From positions 1 to 43,535 of IMG/VR virus record IMGVR_UViG_3300048574_000396: 43,535 nt of DNA; one strand, given 5' to 3'. The notes under the pieces were generated by a model that made no database searches, was not told the origin of the DNA, and was given only the letters and a program-made list of their open reading frames with translations. Origin of the DNA: a virus. Its lineage: Duplodnaviria > Caudoviricetes. The translations under genes were made by a program, and so were the position numbers. Below, in pieces: positions 26,336 to 35,511 of the stretch. Position 1 is the stretch's first letter; every line of letters starts with the position of its first letter.

Positions 26336-27736
26336 TTACTCCTCCAGGGTCTTGCCGCTGTCGGTGGTCACAGGCGCGTTCATCGGCATATCGAAAGCCT
26401 TCGCCTGCCGCTGCGCCGCTTCTTCCTCCTGCTTTCGCAGTAGGTCAAGCGCCTGTTTCGGGTCTTCGATCCACGGGATCTGCTTCAGAAGGATCTCGTC
26501 CGCGACGATCCCGCGAAGGGACTGGACCATCTTCGCGATCTCGTCCTCATTCACCGGCAAGCTGCGGGAGAAGGTGATCTCCACCGCTTCCGCGTCCAGC
26601 GTGGGGGAGGCGAGCTTGCCCATGAAATGCGCCATCATGCGCAGCCTCCAGCGCAGCGCCTCGCGGAAATACCGCTCTTTTTCCTTGATCAGCTGCGTGA
26701 ATCCGAACAGCTTGTAGCCCATCGTCACGCGGGAAGGGTTCCCGGCGAAGGAGTCGTCGGTGATGTCGGGCACCATGCTCAGCTTGTGGATCTCCTCCTT
26801 GATGGACTTTTTCAGCACCTCCACCTGCGTCTCGTCCATCGTCTGGATCAGGTATTTCGCATCGGCTGGGCGGTCGCCGGACTGTGGCAGCTGCAGGATC
26901 CCGTCCTGCTTGATCTGCTCCCTGGGCGTGCGCCCCTGGGCGTCTTTCTCCAGCCTGCAGCCGATCAGGACCAGCAACGCGTTCACGAACTGCTCTTTAT
27001 CGTTCACGCGGTCGGACTGCAGCACGTTCAGCGCATCGATCAGGCTGGTCACCCACTCGAAGTCGCCCATTTCGTCTTCGTCGTTCCAGTATTCGTTGAC
27101 GGGGATGCTGCCGAAAAAATGCTCCTCATCCTTGGCGGGCGCCGCGTCGATCAGCGCGTACAGTTCGGGTACCTCAAAAAGCTGCCGGTGCGTGGCCGTG
27201 TAGACGCTCACCCGGTATCCTGAACGGATGCCGTTGTTTTTCGTCATGACGCTGTAGTGCACGCCGAACAGCGGGCGCTTCTCCACCGTGTCGTCGTACA
27301 CCACGAAGGCGCTCCGGGGGTCTACCGCCGCGCAGCGCGGGTTCGCGTCCTTGTCGGCATAAAGAACTTCCGCCGCCCGCCCGAACTTCGAGGCGGTCTT
27401 GGCCAGCTCCATGTCCACCGCCTGGGCGTCACAAACCTTGTACGTCGCCATCACCGCCTCCAGCGCCGCTTTCTGCTTTTCGTCGCTGTAGGCCACCGGC
27501 GAGCCGATCAGGTACCCGGACGCCATCTTTGTGATATACCGGGCGTAGTTGTGGATCAGCCGGTTGTTCGCCTTCCCGGATGTCCGGACGCGCTCCGTGA
27601 TGGGCGGCTCGTTTTTGATGTACTTTTCAAGCCCATCCAGCCGCGTGCAGTTGTCCCGGTGCTCGTCCATGCAGTATACAAGCGCATCCCGGGCCACGCG
27701 CCCATTTTCGATGCAACCCTCGGATCGCTTGATCAT
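26336..27736 (-). CDS. Portal protein, SPP1 gp6-like
   Basis: 'NNRL.HNYA.YI', 'GDFE.V..LIDA.N', 'FSRSLPVN'. Confidence 0.92.
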   Translation of the reverse strand: MIKRSEGCIENGRVARDALVYCMDEHRDNCTRLDGLEKYIKNEPPITERVRTSGKANNRLIHNYARYITKMASGYLIGSPVAYSDEKQKAALEAVMATYKVCDAQAVDMELAKTASKFGRAAEVLYADKDANPRCAAVDPRSAFVVYDDTVEKRPLFGVHYSVMTKNNGIRSGYRVSVYTATHRQLFEVPELYALIDAAPAKDEEHFFGSIPVNEYWNDEDEMGDFEWVTSLIDALNVLQSDRVNDKEQFVNALLVLIGCRLEKDAQGRTPREQIKQDGILQLPQSGDRPADAKYLIQTMDETQVEVLKKSIKEEIHKLSMVPDITDDSFAGNPSRVTMGYKLFGFTQLIKEKERYFREALRWRLRMMAHFMGKLASPTLDAEAVEITFSRSLPVNEDEIAKMVQSLRGIVADEILLKQIPWIEDPKQALDLLRKQEEEAAQRQAKAFDMPMNAPVTTDSGKTLEE

Positions 27737-29040
27737 AGCCCTAACCCCTCCTTGCTCGCGGTGGTTGCCATTTCAGACGCCAGTGTCCATTTCTCCAGCG
27801 CATACCGCATCGCGTCCAGCAGATGGTGGAACCCGTCGTCCTCTGGCTCATTGATGAGCGTTCCGAACTTGTCCTTCTTCCAGCCGTGGTTCTCAATCTC
27901 CGTGATGAAGTTCACACAGCGTGGGTTCGCGACGATCTCATAGTCCTGAATCCACTGGATCCCGCCGATGACGCTGTCCTTGCCTTTTTTCGCGCCGGTG
28001 ACCCTGAGGCCGTAAGCATCGCGCAGGTTGTCAATAGACTTCGGTTCACTGTCCGCGACGATCTGCTCTTTGCCATATCCCAGCGCTTTGATCTTTTCCG
28101 CGATCTGCGCGTTCTGCAGGCCCCGCTCGTACATCTCGTCCCAAACGAAGATCTGCCGGGTTTGCCTGTCGATGAAGCCGACCCACAGCGCCGACGGGTC
28201 GTTCGTATACCCAAAGTCCAGGCCGCAGGCCATTTCCAGCTTCGGGTGGAGCTTACGGAAATCCTCGGACAGCAGGTTCAGCTCAACGCCCTGTGCCTCG
28301 CGCCAGCGTTCGTACACCATGCCGTCGACACGGCCCCAGTCGCCCAGGCCCGCCACCTTGAAGCGCCGCGGGTTTTCCTTGCGCATGCGCTCAAAAAGCG
28401 CGTGGTCGGCCGCGTCCAGCCATTCGTTGCAGGTGTAGTCCCGCGTCATGGCCAGGATGTCCGGGCTTGGCTCCGCATCGAAGAACCGCTTCTTCAGCCA
28501 GTGCTTTTCGTTCCACGGGTTGAACGTCAGCGTGATCTGTTTGAAAAGGCCCTCCGGCACTTCGCCGCGGATCGATTCGTCGATCACGTCGAAGTCAGAT
28601 TCCTTGCGGATCTCGTAGGCTTCCTCGATCCACATCCAGCACAGCGCGCCGATTTCAACCGTGATGGACGTTACCTTCAGCGGGTCGTCCAGGCCACGGA
28701 AGTAAATCTTCTGCCCGGTAGGCAGGTAGGTCATTTCCAGCGGCGATTCGGTGATCTTCCAGTGTTCTTCAACGCCCAGCCGCCGGATCGCCCACTTCAG
28801 CTCTGTGAAGCAGCTGTCCTTCAGCGTGCGGAAGGTCTTGCGGATGACGAGCAGGTTCGCCTCTTTGTACCGCACGTCCATCAGATTGGTGATGTACCAG
28901 AGCGCCGTGGTCTTGGACTTTTTCGAAGCGCGGCTGCCTTTGACTACCCGGTAACGGCCCTTGAAGTTCCAGAACGTGGCATAGCCCTTGCCAACCAGCT
29001 TCGGCAGGCTCTTTTCCACGTGAGGGTAATCAATCTTCAA
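27733..29040 (-). CDS. Terminase large subunit, PBSX family
   Basis: 'VKGSRASKKS' Walker A, 'WIEEA' Walker B, 'LTFNP', 'GLDFGY.NDP', 'HLLDAMRYA'. Confidence 0.95.
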   Translation of the reverse strand: MKIDYPHVEKSLPKLVGKGYATFWNFKGRYRVVKGSRASKKSKTTALWYITNLMDVRYKEANLLVIRKTFRTLKDSCFTELKWAIRRLGVEEHWKITESPLEMTYLPTGQKIYFRGLDDPLKVTSITVEIGALCWMWIEEAYEIRKESDFDVIDESIRGEVPEGLFKQITLTFNPWNEKHWLKKRFFDAEPSPDILAMTRDYTCNEWLDAADHALFERMRKENPRRFKVAGLGDWGRVDGMVYERWREAQGVELNLLSEDFRKLHPKLEMACGLDFGYTNDPSALWVGFIDRQTRQIFVWDEMYERGLQNAQIAEKIKALGYGKEQIVADSEPKSIDNLRDAYGLRVTGAKKGKDSVIGGIQWIQDYEIVANPRCVNFITEIENHGWKKDKFGTLINEPEDDGFHHLLDAMRYALEKWTLASEMATTASKEGLGL

Positions 29041-29536
29041 GCTGATCAGCCCCTGTGATGACGACCGGCAGTGCGATGTTGATGGTTTTCTTGTCGTTGA
29101 ACATGCTCAGCTGTCTGCCGATCAGCTCCAGCGCCCTCGTTGCGCCCTTGCTGTCATACTGCCAGAACCCGGAAGGTTTAAGGCACCGTTCCTCCTCGTC
29201 CCACTCCATGACCGGCTCCTTCGCCATGGAATGCTGCACGCATTCCCGCAGCTGGAGCAGCACCCAATCCGATGTCATGGCCAGCCGCGTGGCTTGCTCG
29301 GCCTGCAGTTCGCGCACGCGCGAGAGGATCTTTGCATTTCTCAACAGCCTCCAGGCTTGTGAGGCGGCGGTTTTCTTCGAATACCCCGCGCGTGTGGCGG
29401 CCTCCGTCCCGTTGTAATCGATCAGGTATTCTTCACAGAAGCGCTCCTGCTGCGCGGTGAGTTTTTCAGATACCGTTACAGCAGGCTTTTTCGCGGGCTT
29501 CTTCGTCCCGGCTTTTCGCTTTTTCACCCGCGTCAC
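29030..29536 (-). CDS. Terminase small subunit
   Basis: 'LT.QQERFCEEYLID.NGT.AA.RAGYS.KTA'. Confidence 0.92.
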   Translation of the reverse strand: MTRVKKRKAGTKKPAKKPAVTVSEKLTAQQERFCEEYLIDYNGTEAATRAGYSKKTAASQAWRLLRNAKILSRVRELQAEQATRLAMTSDWVLLQLRECVQHSMAKEPVMEWDEEERCLKPSGFWQYDSKGATRALELIGRQLSMFNDKKTINIALPVVITGADQLED

Positions 29537-29564
29537 CTCCTTCGTTTCGGCATCCTCGCATATG

Positions 29565-29600
29565 AAAAAGCCGCGTCGGCGGTATGCACCGGTGCGGCTT
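29565..29600 (-). terminator. Intrinsic terminator between the moron and terS
   Basis: Imperfect AAGCCGC...GCGGCTT stem with an A-run (U-tract on minus). Confidence 0.55.
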
Positions 29601-29629
29601 ATTGATAATACGGTTGTGCACTACGGGGG

Positions 29630-29980
29630 TTAACCTAATGCTTCACGAATAAGACTTGGTATTTCGGGAAGAAAGACGCGAAACGCTAAACGACTGCGAT
29701 CCTGGTATGTTTCGACTACCAGACCATCTTCTCTTAGCCTGTAGACAAGATGAGTTGTCAATTGACGTCCAAGGCCACAGGCTTCTTTCGGAAAATCTGC
29801 GTCGGTAGATTCAATTGAGATATTGCTCAAGTCACCATGCTTAATTGCCAACCTGGCACGTAGCAGTAGATGTGCCTTCACAGCCTTATAGGCCTCTTCA
29901 AGTTCTTTCTCCCAGTCGCCACCTAAAGTCGCTTTGTACGCATTCATCCGAGCCTCAGCAATTTCATCAAGAAAAGTCAC
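29630..29980 (-). CDS. Hypothetical moron protein (116 aa)
   Basis: AT-richer than its flanks; GGAGGGGG RBS; own promoter TTGCTT-17-TATTAT at about 30015-30043; terminators on both sides. Confidence 0.65.
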   Translation of the reverse strand: MTFLDEIAEARMNAYKATLGGDWEKELEEAYKAVKAHLLLRARLAIKHGDLSNISIESTDADFPKEACGLGRQLTTHLVYRLREDGLVVETYQDRSRLAFRVFLPEIPSLIREALG

Positions 29981-30061
29981 GCTATTTCCCCCTCCCCTTA
30001 ATTCTGATAACGCAATAATAATATTTAATCACATAAAAAGCAATGAATTTCTCGAGGCAAC

Positions 30062-30087
30062 AAAAAACCGCGCCTGCCGCGCGGTTT
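30062..30087 (-). terminator. Intrinsic terminator shortly after the late promoter
   Basis: Minus strand AAACCGCGC-GGCAG-GCGCGGTTTTTT. Confidence 0.7.
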
Positions 30088-30137
30088 GACCATTTGCCCG
30101 GGTCGGATGGTGGCTTCCGAACCATCCCGACGATACC

Positions 30138-30190
30138 ATAATACCACGGTTTCGGCGACACTGCATGCCATTTTCTGCCACTTAATGCCC
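30138..30190 (-). promoter_or_regulatory. Late promoter with 10-bp-phased activator repeats
   Basis: Minus strand GGGCA/TGGCA/TGGCA/TGTCG at 10-bp spacing (30186, 30176, 30166, 30156), then TG-G-TATTAT -10 (30138-30143); overlaps the 3' end of the activator gene. Confidence 0.6.
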
Positions 30191-30652
30191 AAATTTCATT
30201 TCGAGCTCTTTGATCGCGGCCAATCTGCGCTTGTTCACGTTCGAGCGCGAGAACCGGATTCGCGGCCCGATCTCCTCATCACACTGGTTGAGGCAATAGT
30301 AATACCGCATGATCGCCCGGTCGATATTGTCCCGAAGGTAGGTGATCAGGTCTTCAACATCCGCCAGTAGTCGGCCATACGTCTCCTCAGCCAGATCAAG
30401 GGCATGCCAATACATGTCCTCATGCTGAGCGTGCATTCCCTGCGGGTTATTCGTTCCGCGCGGTGAAAAGACATACTCATCCTTGCCGGGTACCTTTTCA
30501 ATGCGTGGCCAACCGGGATATCCGGCAGGGGAGCCATATGTCCCGGTTTGTGCTATCTGGCTTCGGATCGCGGACAGTTCGATTTCCGCATTCCGCCGCT
30601 TTTCCAGCATCGCCCAGATTCCACCGTAGCCCTCTACGATCTCCCTCGTCAT
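30182..30652 (-). CDS. Late transcriptional activator (ArpU/RinA-like, sigma region-4 HTH)
   Basis: C-term 'RAIMRYYY......EEIG.RI.FSRSNV...R..AIKEL'; position before the packaging genes. Confidence 0.75.
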   Translation of the reverse strand: MTREIVEGYGGIWAMLEKRRNAEIELSAIRSQIAQTGTYGSPAGYPGWPRIEKVPGKDEYVFSPRGTNNPQGMHAQHEDMYWHALDLAEETYGRLLADVEDLITYLRDNIDRAIMRYYYCLNQCDEEIGPRIRFSRSNVNKRRLAAIKELEMKFGH

Positions 30653-31521
30653 CAAGCACACCGCTCCTTTCGTGCCTTTTTCACCGCCGGACGCTTCCGA
30701 AGCCGTGCGGAAATGTGCACGCCCGGGAACAGATCGGATATCTTTGCCTCGCACTCCGTGAACGCGTACCCCGGGTTCCCGGCCTCGAAAATCCCCCGGG
30801 CTGCAATCCGGCAGTCCGCCACCATGCGCTCCATCATTCTGCGGGAAACCTTGTGGTCGGCCACCGTCACCTTTGGCTCCCTAAGGTTCCGGCTGGCGCA
30901 CCAGCGTTTGTTGCCCCGCTTCGACCGGGTGATGTACGCGGCCAGCGCAGCCAGCCCCTTTTCGTCCGGCTTCAGGCGGTCGGACTTCGCCCGGCCCCTG
31001 CCCCACAGCGCCTCCGCCACGTCGCGGTCCATCGCGCTCATGATGATGTGGTGGTGGACGCGCACCTCCCGGCCTTCATCCTCGAACTGGATCACGTACA
31101 GGTACCGGATCGCATCCAGGCCGTTCTTTTTCCGCCAGGCCTTCACCCGCTTGATGTAGTTCACGATGTCCCGACGAGCCTGGTCCATCGTGGGCGCCTG
31201 CCGCCCGGCGTAGGTGAACGTCAGGAACAGGTCCCGCGGCGTGAAGTTCTCATGGATCAGCCGGGTCACGCGCTTGGCGCTGTTCCGGGCGTTCAGGGTC
31301 TGCTGCGCCCTCCGGGTCACCGCTGCCTTTGCCCCCCGGTGCATCTTCGGTGTCCGGTACAGCGGGTAGATCTCCACTTCACGGTATTCTCCCGCCGTGA
31401 TCGTCTTGGTCCGGTACCCGACGATCTCCGGATCCCGCATCAACTCCAGCGTTTCCTCCGTGGTCGGCTGCTCAAACAGCGCCTCATACCCCAGCACCCC
31501 GGCTTTGCGCTTCCTGGCCAT
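30652..31521 (-). CDS. HUH-superfamily rolling-circle replication initiator-like protein
   Basis: Motif I 'FLTFTY', motif II 'RVHHHIIM', motif III 'LAAYITRSK', plus 'RW..SRNL..P'. Confidence 0.75.
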   Translation of the reverse strand: MARKRKAGVLGYEALFEQPTTEETLELMRDPEIVGYRTKTITAGEYREVEIYPLYRTPKMHRGAKAAVTRRAQQTLNARNSAKRVTRLIHENFTPRDLFLTFTYAGRQAPTMDQARRDIVNYIKRVKAWRKKNGLDAIRYLYVIQFEDEGREVRVHHHIIMSAMDRDVAEALWGRGRAKSDRLKPDEKGLAALAAYITRSKRGNKRWCASRNLREPKVTVADHKVSRRMMERMVADCRIAARGIFEAGNPGYAFTECEAKISDLFPGVHISARLRKRPAVKKARKERCA

Positions 31522-31544
31522 GCTCTTTCATCCTCCACGTAACA

Positions 31545-31760
31545 GGTCCCGAAGGTTCCAGGGGGGCAAGCCCCCCGCCACACGGCACCCCCCAGCCCTC
31601 CCGGGGGAGGGCCGCCCCTCCCCCGGCGGGCGCCGCCCCCACCCGCGGGCTGCTGCGGCAGCCCTTGAACGACATTTCCCATATCTGGATAGATGGCGGT
31701 TTATTAATACGGCATACTAGGACGGCAAAGCGGCTGCCCGCCGCCATTATATAATGGAAG
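31545..31760. other. Hairpin-rich non-coding region; candidate replication origin
   Basis: GGGGGG-CAAG-CCCCCC, GCCCTCC-CGG-GGAGGGC, GGGCTGC-TGCG-GCAGCCC hairpins; AT-rich TTATTAATA; palindrome CCATTATATAATGG; directly upstream of the Rep gene. Confidence 0.45.
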
Positions 31761-31762
31761 AA

Positions 31763-31978
31763 TCAGGTCGACGTTGCACCCGGTGGGAGCTTGTAGTCCT
31801 TTCTTACCTGAGCCTGAAGATCTTCTGAAGGAGCCCACTCGAAATGGTAGCGTTCCTTGAACTTCTCGGCGCCCAGTTGTAGCCAGATCCGCGCCAGCAT
31901 CCCTGCGTCATAGGACCGGCTCAGCGTCCGGTTGTCGTTGAATGCGAACACGATGGAGCCGTGGTCACTTGCGTACAT
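31763..31978 (-). CDS. Hypothetical phage early protein
   Basis: GGAGG RBS before ATG 31978; in the operon. Confidence 0.55.
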   Translation of the reverse strand: MYASDHGSIVFAFNDNRTLSRSYDAGMLARIWLQLGAEKFKERYHFEWAPSEDLQAQVRKDYKLPPGATST

Positions 31979-32007
31979 GGGAACACCTCCAGTTTCTGGT
32001 CTTCCGG

Positions 32008-33621
32008 TCAAGCTGCTTTTTCAACACACTCCGGCAGGTTCGCACGGACCAGCGCCGCCGCCACCGGCGGGCATACGGAATTCCCCACCCGGGCCACCTG
32101 CGCCTTTTTCGGGTACGGCTTGCCGCTGGCGTCCCTGTCAATGACATACTCCTCCGGGAATCCTTGTGCCCGGAAAAGCTCTCGCGGCTCCAGCATGCGC
32201 AGGCCGATGTCCACGATGGCGTACTGCTGCCCGTGAATTGTGACCAGTGCGAACCGGTCGTTTGCCGTCACCGTGTCAAGCGGCGCGCCTATTTCCTGCC
32301 CGGTACCCTGCCCGTAATACTTGATCAGGAACGCGCGTACTTCGCCGTAGTGCGTCCCGCCCGCCGTCACGGTCGGCATGGGCCGATTCAGATCCTGACC
32401 GTACTCCTCGCCGCGGAGCTTGACCAGATGGGCGGCGACTGGCGAATTGTGGTCCCGCGCCGTGACGGTGCCCAGCGGTTCCTCCGGGCGGCTGCCGTTA
32501 TTGATGAAGCCGTCGCCGAAATACTTGCTAACGAACGCCGAAACCAACGCGAACTTGTTGCCCTGGGCGACGATGGTCCCGACTGGCGCTTCGATGTCCA
32601 GCACGCGCGGCTGTTGCCCGGGCGCTTCGCCGTATCCCATTTGAATCAGCGTGGGCGTGACGAGGCAGTGCTCCGCCTTTGATACGATGGTGGTCAGCGG
32701 GTCTTCCGGCGAATACTGCCGCCTGTCACCCGCGAAGCCGTTCTGCCCAATGGCCGTGATGACCGGCGTCACTACGCTGAAGCGCGTCGCTCCAGCCATT
32801 ACCGTGTCCAGCGGCTTTCCGGTCGACTGCCCAATGCTGTTCTGCTGGAACTTCACGATGAACGGCTCTGGGTTCTCCACGACGTATTTCATGATCCCGC
32901 GCGCGATCCGGCGCAGGGTGGCCTCCGCCAGTGGTTTTTTCCGCTCGAAGATGGATGGGCACGGCAGCGACCAATCGATGCACTCCGCTGCCGTGCGCCA
33001 GGGTTTCAGCATGCCCGCCTGCACCTGCAGGCTGTTCGGCGCGCCGTGCGTTGGTTCCGGCCAGACGATGGGCCGACCGTCACGCCGAGCGATCAGATAG
33101 AAACGTGTCCGACTCGTCGGCGCGCCGTAGTCACACGCCGCCAGCTGCCGGTATTCCACGTGATAGCCCAGCGCCTCCAGCTGTTCCTTCCACCGCTCAA
33201 ACGTCCGCCCAACGAACCGCTTCACGGGCCTGCCTTTGCGGACGGGTCCCCAAGTGACGAACTCGGGGACATTTTCGAGGATGATCACCCTCGGCTTCGC
33301 AAGTGCCGCCCATTTCAAGGCAACCCATGCCAGGCCCCGGATGGTCTTGTTGACCGGCGTCGCGCCCTTCGCCCGGCTAAAATGCTTGCAGTCCGGGCTG
33401 AACCAGCAAAGCGCCACGGGCTTTCCGCCCGTCGCCTCGCGCGGATCCACCGTCCAGATGTCCTCGCAGTAGTGCTTCGCGCCCGGATGATTGGCAACAT
33501 GCATGGCAATGGCTTCCGGGTCATGGTTGATGGCGATGTCCACCGACCGGCCGAGCGCCAGTTCAATGCCGGTAGATGCACCACCGCCGCCGGCGAAGCT
33601 GTCAACGATCAATTCCATCAT
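32008..33621 (-). CDS. DNA (cytosine-5) methyltransferase with an expanded variable region
   Basis: 'DSFAGGGG', 'SPDCKHFS', 'ENV.EF', 'R.RFY', 'RAQGFP', 'GNSVCP'. Confidence 0.93.
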   Translation of the reverse strand: MMELIVDSFAGGGGASTGIELALGRSVDIAINHDPEAIAMHVANHPGAKHYCEDIWTVDPREATGGKPVALCWFSPDCKHFSRAKGATPVNKTIRGLAWVALKWAALAKPRVIILENVPEFVTWGPVRKGRPVKRFVGRTFERWKEQLEALGYHVEYRQLAACDYGAPTSRTRFYLIARRDGRPIVWPEPTHGAPNSLQVQAGMLKPWRTAAECIDWSLPCPSIFERKKPLAEATLRRIARGIMKYVVENPEPFIVKFQQNSIGQSTGKPLDTVMAGATRFSVVTPVITAIGQNGFAGDRRQYSPEDPLTTIVSKAEHCLVTPTLIQMGYGEAPGQQPRVLDIEAPVGTIVAQGNKFALVSAFVSKYFGDGFINNGSRPEEPLGTVTARDHNSPVAAHLVKLRGEEYGQDLNRPMPTVTAGGTHYGEVRAFLIKYYGQGTGQEIGAPLDTVTANDRFALVTIHGQQYAIVDIGLRMLEPRELFRAQGFPEEYVIDRDASGKPYPKKAQVARVGNSVCPPVAAALVRANLPECVEKAA

Positions 33622-33671
33622 GCCTTTTCTCTCCTGTGTCTTTATGCCGCACAAACACCAGCGCGTCGGGC

Positions 33672-34334
33672 TTACTCGACGTCACCTTTGCCGCTGGCCT
33701 CGCCATCCTCATCGCCCAGGTCCATGCGCTCCTGGAATCGGCGCATGGTTTCCTCGGCCTCCCGCTCGGCTTTTTCCGCGGCTGCCTCGGTGTCGGGAGA
33801 GGCGCTTGTGCGGATGGCATGAAGGGCAACCGACTGCACCTGGGCCATGATCGACTCGGCGGTCTTCTGTGTCGCCGGGCAGACCAGCGCGTTGCACAGC
33901 ATGTTGCCGTAGACGGCGATCAGGATATTCCCCCGGGCGTCGATGCGCTCATAGAACTCCAGAGCGCCCATCTTGTTCTCCGCGGGCTTCAGCGTGGCGA
34001 CAGGTACGAAGATCAGGCCGCTACCGCTGCCCAGCACCCGGAACAGCTCACCGGAATACCAGACAGCGCCCATGTCCTCCAGCAATTTTTCGGTGTCAGG
34101 CTGCGGCTCGATGGTCAACCGCGAGTCGTGCACCGTGTACTCGTAGACCTGAACGTCTTCGGCCTGCTTCGGCGTCAAGTCGAACAGGGCCGGAATGCTG
34201 CCGCTATGGATCCTCACGCCATCGATCGGGTACGCGTTGGATCCATCCGAGAGCCATTGCCGGCCGCCGGGTGTGTTGATGATCGTGAACGTCTCCTTCG
34301 CCATGCACAGCTTCTTGATCGCGGTCAACTTCAT
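33672..34334 (-). CDS. Hypothetical phage early protein
   Basis: GGAGGT RBS; 'QW.SDG..AYP..G' motif; acidic tail. Confidence 0.7.
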   Translation of the reverse strand: MKLTAIKKLCMAKETFTIINTPGGRQWLSDGSNAYPIDGVRIHSGSIPALFDLTPKQAEDVQVYEYTVHDSRLTIEPQPDTEKLLEDMGAVWYSGELFRVLGSGSGLIFVPVATLKPAENKMGALEFYERIDARGNILIAVYGNMLCNALVCPATQKTAESIMAQVQSVALHAIRTSASPDTEAAAEKAEREAEETMRRFQERMDLGDEDGEASGKGDVE

Positions 34335-34366
34335 GCCATCTACCTCCTTTGTCATGTGCGCAGGAA

Positions 34367-34816
34367 TCAGACTTCCCGGATCTCGATCCCCAGGTACTGC
34401 TTCATCTGTCGGCGCTTGCTCTTGTACTCGTCCGTCCGGAAGCCCTTCGCGTCCTCCACGACGTAGCGCCCGTCGTTCTCCAAAACCACGAAGTCCGCAA
34501 CATACCGTTTCCCGCCGGGAAGCGGAAAAGGCTGCTGGCGAACGAATCCGCGGATCTGGCCGGCCGCCAGCAGCATTTTCAGTTCCCCGTACCGTCCGGC
34601 CTCGCGCCTGCTGTCGAAGGTGATGCCATCGACCACGGTTTTCTCGTTCCCGTACTTGCTGCGCTTGCCCGGACGCTCCGCCGGGCCGGTGCCGTCACGG
34701 CCCCGCGGACTTGCGGAGCCGTGCAATTCCTTCGGCAGCGGCAAGCCGTGCTTGGCGCAGTACTCGCGCACCCAGGCTTCGTCGAAGGTGAGATCCGTTG
34801 GCGGGAGTTTTGCCAT
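34367..34816 (-). CDS. DUF1064-family PD-(D/E)xK nuclease-like protein
   Basis: 'SKYGN.K..VDGI.FDS..EA.RY', 'YVADF', 'VEDAKG.RT..Y..K'. Confidence 0.85.
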   Translation of the reverse strand: MAKLPPTDLTFDEAWVREYCAKHGLPLPKELHGSASPRGRDGTGPAERPGKRSKYGNEKTVVDGITFDSRREAGRYGELKMLLAAGQIRGFVRQQPFPLPGGKRYVADFVVLENDGRYVVEDAKGFRTDEYKSKRRQMKQYLGIEIREV

Positions 34817-35058
34817 CAGCCCACACCCCCTAGTTGCAGCTGCTCCAGCTTCTTCAGGTACAGCGTCGCCATCCGCCCGCACACCGCGGCAAATACGGGA
34901 TCGTTACCCGCCCGCTCCAGCTTCTTGAGCCACCTGTCGATGCGCTTCCTGTATTCCATCGCTTGCTGCACCTGTTTGTCGGGGTAGATCTTCCTGCTCC
35001 GCAGCCCGCCGGAGCGCGGATGGTGATACCGTTCAACCTCCATGAATGCTTTGATCAT
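34816..35058 (-). CDS. Hypothetical protein
   Basis: Start and stop overlap both neighbours. Confidence 0.6.
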   Translation of the reverse strand: MIKAFMEVERYHHPRSGGLRSRKIYPDKQVQQAMEYRKRIDRWLKKLERAGNDPVFAAVCGRMATLYLKKLEQLQLGGVG

Positions 35059-35198
35059 GCCTTCCGCCCTCTCTGCCGCAACCGGCCGGTTCTGTGCATC
35101 CAGTCCAGCGCCGCAAACCAGGCCAGCACCGCCCCGACAATGTAGCCCGCCAGGAATACGATCGGGCGGACTTCGAAAGCCCGCATCAATCCCTCCAT
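35055..35198 (-). CDS. Small membrane peptide (47 aa, not in the ORF track)
   Basis: MEGLMRAFEVRPIVFLAGYIVGAVLAWFAALDWMHRTGRLRQRGRKA; AAGGAG RBS; ATGA overlap downstream. Confidence 0.55.
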   Translation of the reverse strand: MEGLMRAFEVRPIVFLAGYIVGAVLAWFAALDWMHRTGRLRQRGRKA

Positions 35199-35201
35199 GC
35201 C

Positions 35202-35405
35202 CTACGCTCCTTTTCCGGCTTCCGCCATCATGATCGAGTGCTCAATCGTCTGCAGGTCCGCGTGCAGGATGTCCATGAACCTTTTGAAAGCTGCTTTATT
35301 CCGCCTGTACACCGAATTCTCAGGCAAGCTCTCATATCGCTGGATTGTCCGAAGCTGGTTCTGCCGGTGCTCCTCCAGTAGTTTCAACCGCTCGTTTGTG
35401 TTCAT
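35202..35405 (-). CDS. Hypothetical coiled-coil protein
   Basis: In operon orientation; start uncertain. Confidence 0.5.
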   Translation of the reverse strand: MNTNERLKLLEEHRQNQLRTIQRYESLPENSVYRRNKAAFKRFMDILHADLQTIEHSIMMAEAGKGA

Positions 35406-35511
35406 TTCCACAGAATCCACCCTCCTGCCCGGCATAGCCAGTTCAGAATCCACTTCATACCGCTGAGCTCCTTACTGTCCGACCACGTCGTCGGCCCTTC
35501 CGGCCTATGCT

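Noticed and set aside
23550-34466. Long plus-strand ORFs (e.g. 23550-24704, 27823-29058, 30463-31542, 33576-34466)
   Set aside because: Antisense shadows of high-GC phage genes, with no motifs or RBS
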